Source: an uncultured Candidatus Peribacteria bacterium (GTDB taxonomy: Bacteria; Patescibacteriota; Gracilibacteria; UBA1369; LOWO2-01-FULL-3). Taken from it: a stretch of DNA of 57,069 nucleotides. The position numbers were made by a program, and so were the translations under genes. Location of the stretch: positions 69,985 through 127,053 of the forward strand of contig CAYVBX010000001.1 in NCBI GenBank assembly GCA_964449945.1, in the 5' to 3' direction. Below are positions 57,037 through 57,069 of this stretch, one piece after another (position 1 is the first letter of the stretch; each line of letters starts with the position of its first letter). The notes beneath the pieces were generated by a model, which was given only the letters and a program-made list of their open reading frames with translations, was not told the DNA's origin and did no database searches.

Positions 57037-57069
57037 ATGGGTTATTTAGAAATAGCTTTTATTGGAGAA

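Noticed and set aside
1-57069. Alternative genetic code with UGA recoded, as in some candidate phyla
   Set aside because: TGA is used as a genuine stop (for example wzm 3314..3316 and wzt 4480..4482). All conserved proteins are full length under the standard code with no in-frame TGA.
1-57069. Mobile elements, prophage, toxin-antitoxin or defence islands, rRNA/tRNA genes
   Set aside because: No transposase, integrase, recombinase or Cas-like ORFs are present, and I saw no terminal inverted repeats bounding any segment. The few gaps over 100 nt were read on both strands and show no tRNA-like cloverleaf or rRNA-like sequence.

Overview
Strongly A+T-rich, very tightly packed bacterial chromosome segment with minimal intergenic DNA and many overlapping start/stop codons. 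Three blocks are present. (1) 360..8802: an ABC-transporter-dependent glycan cluster with six GT-B glycosyltransferases, a Wzm-like permease, a Wzt-like ATPase carrying a C-terminal extension, and a SAM methyltransferase. (2) 8799..17441, minus strand: a complete nine-gene V/A-type ATPase operon in Enterococcus hirae ntp gene order, whose proteolipid keeps all five Na+-ligand positions. (3) 20191..55095, minus strand: an almost uninterrupted run of information-processing genes, rpoB-ssb-rpoC, rpsL-rpsG, lemA-htpX, fusA-tuf, the S10/spc/alpha ribosomal clusters with secY-adk-map-infA-rpmJ, rplM-rpsI, trmD, a degenerate P-type ATPase homologue, DUF167 and rsmA. A DnaQ-exonuclease/DinG-like fusion (17525..19687) lies between blocks 2 and 3. 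L30 is absent between rpsE and rplO, and several core proteins carry charged low-complexity tails. Together with the compact A+T-rich architecture, this fits an uncultivated Patescibacteria/CPR-type bacterium; that placement is inference only. The standard genetic code applies, since TGA acts as a stop. I found no rRNA, tRNA, CRISPR array, transposase, integrase or recognisable defence system. The most unusual items are: a full-length P-type ATPase homologue with every catalytic motif replaced, sitting inside an RNA-methyltransferase operon; ssb embedded between rpoB and rpoC with a non-canonical C-terminal tip; lemA-htpX splitting the str operon; a DinG-like protein with an intact exonuclease but an erased helicase core; a recurrent TAACC(T/C) motif where Shine-Dalgarno sequences are expected; and a 200-nt structured non-coding spacer between rpsJ and rplC. 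Promoter, terminator and hairpin calls come from reading the sequence by eye and are unverified.
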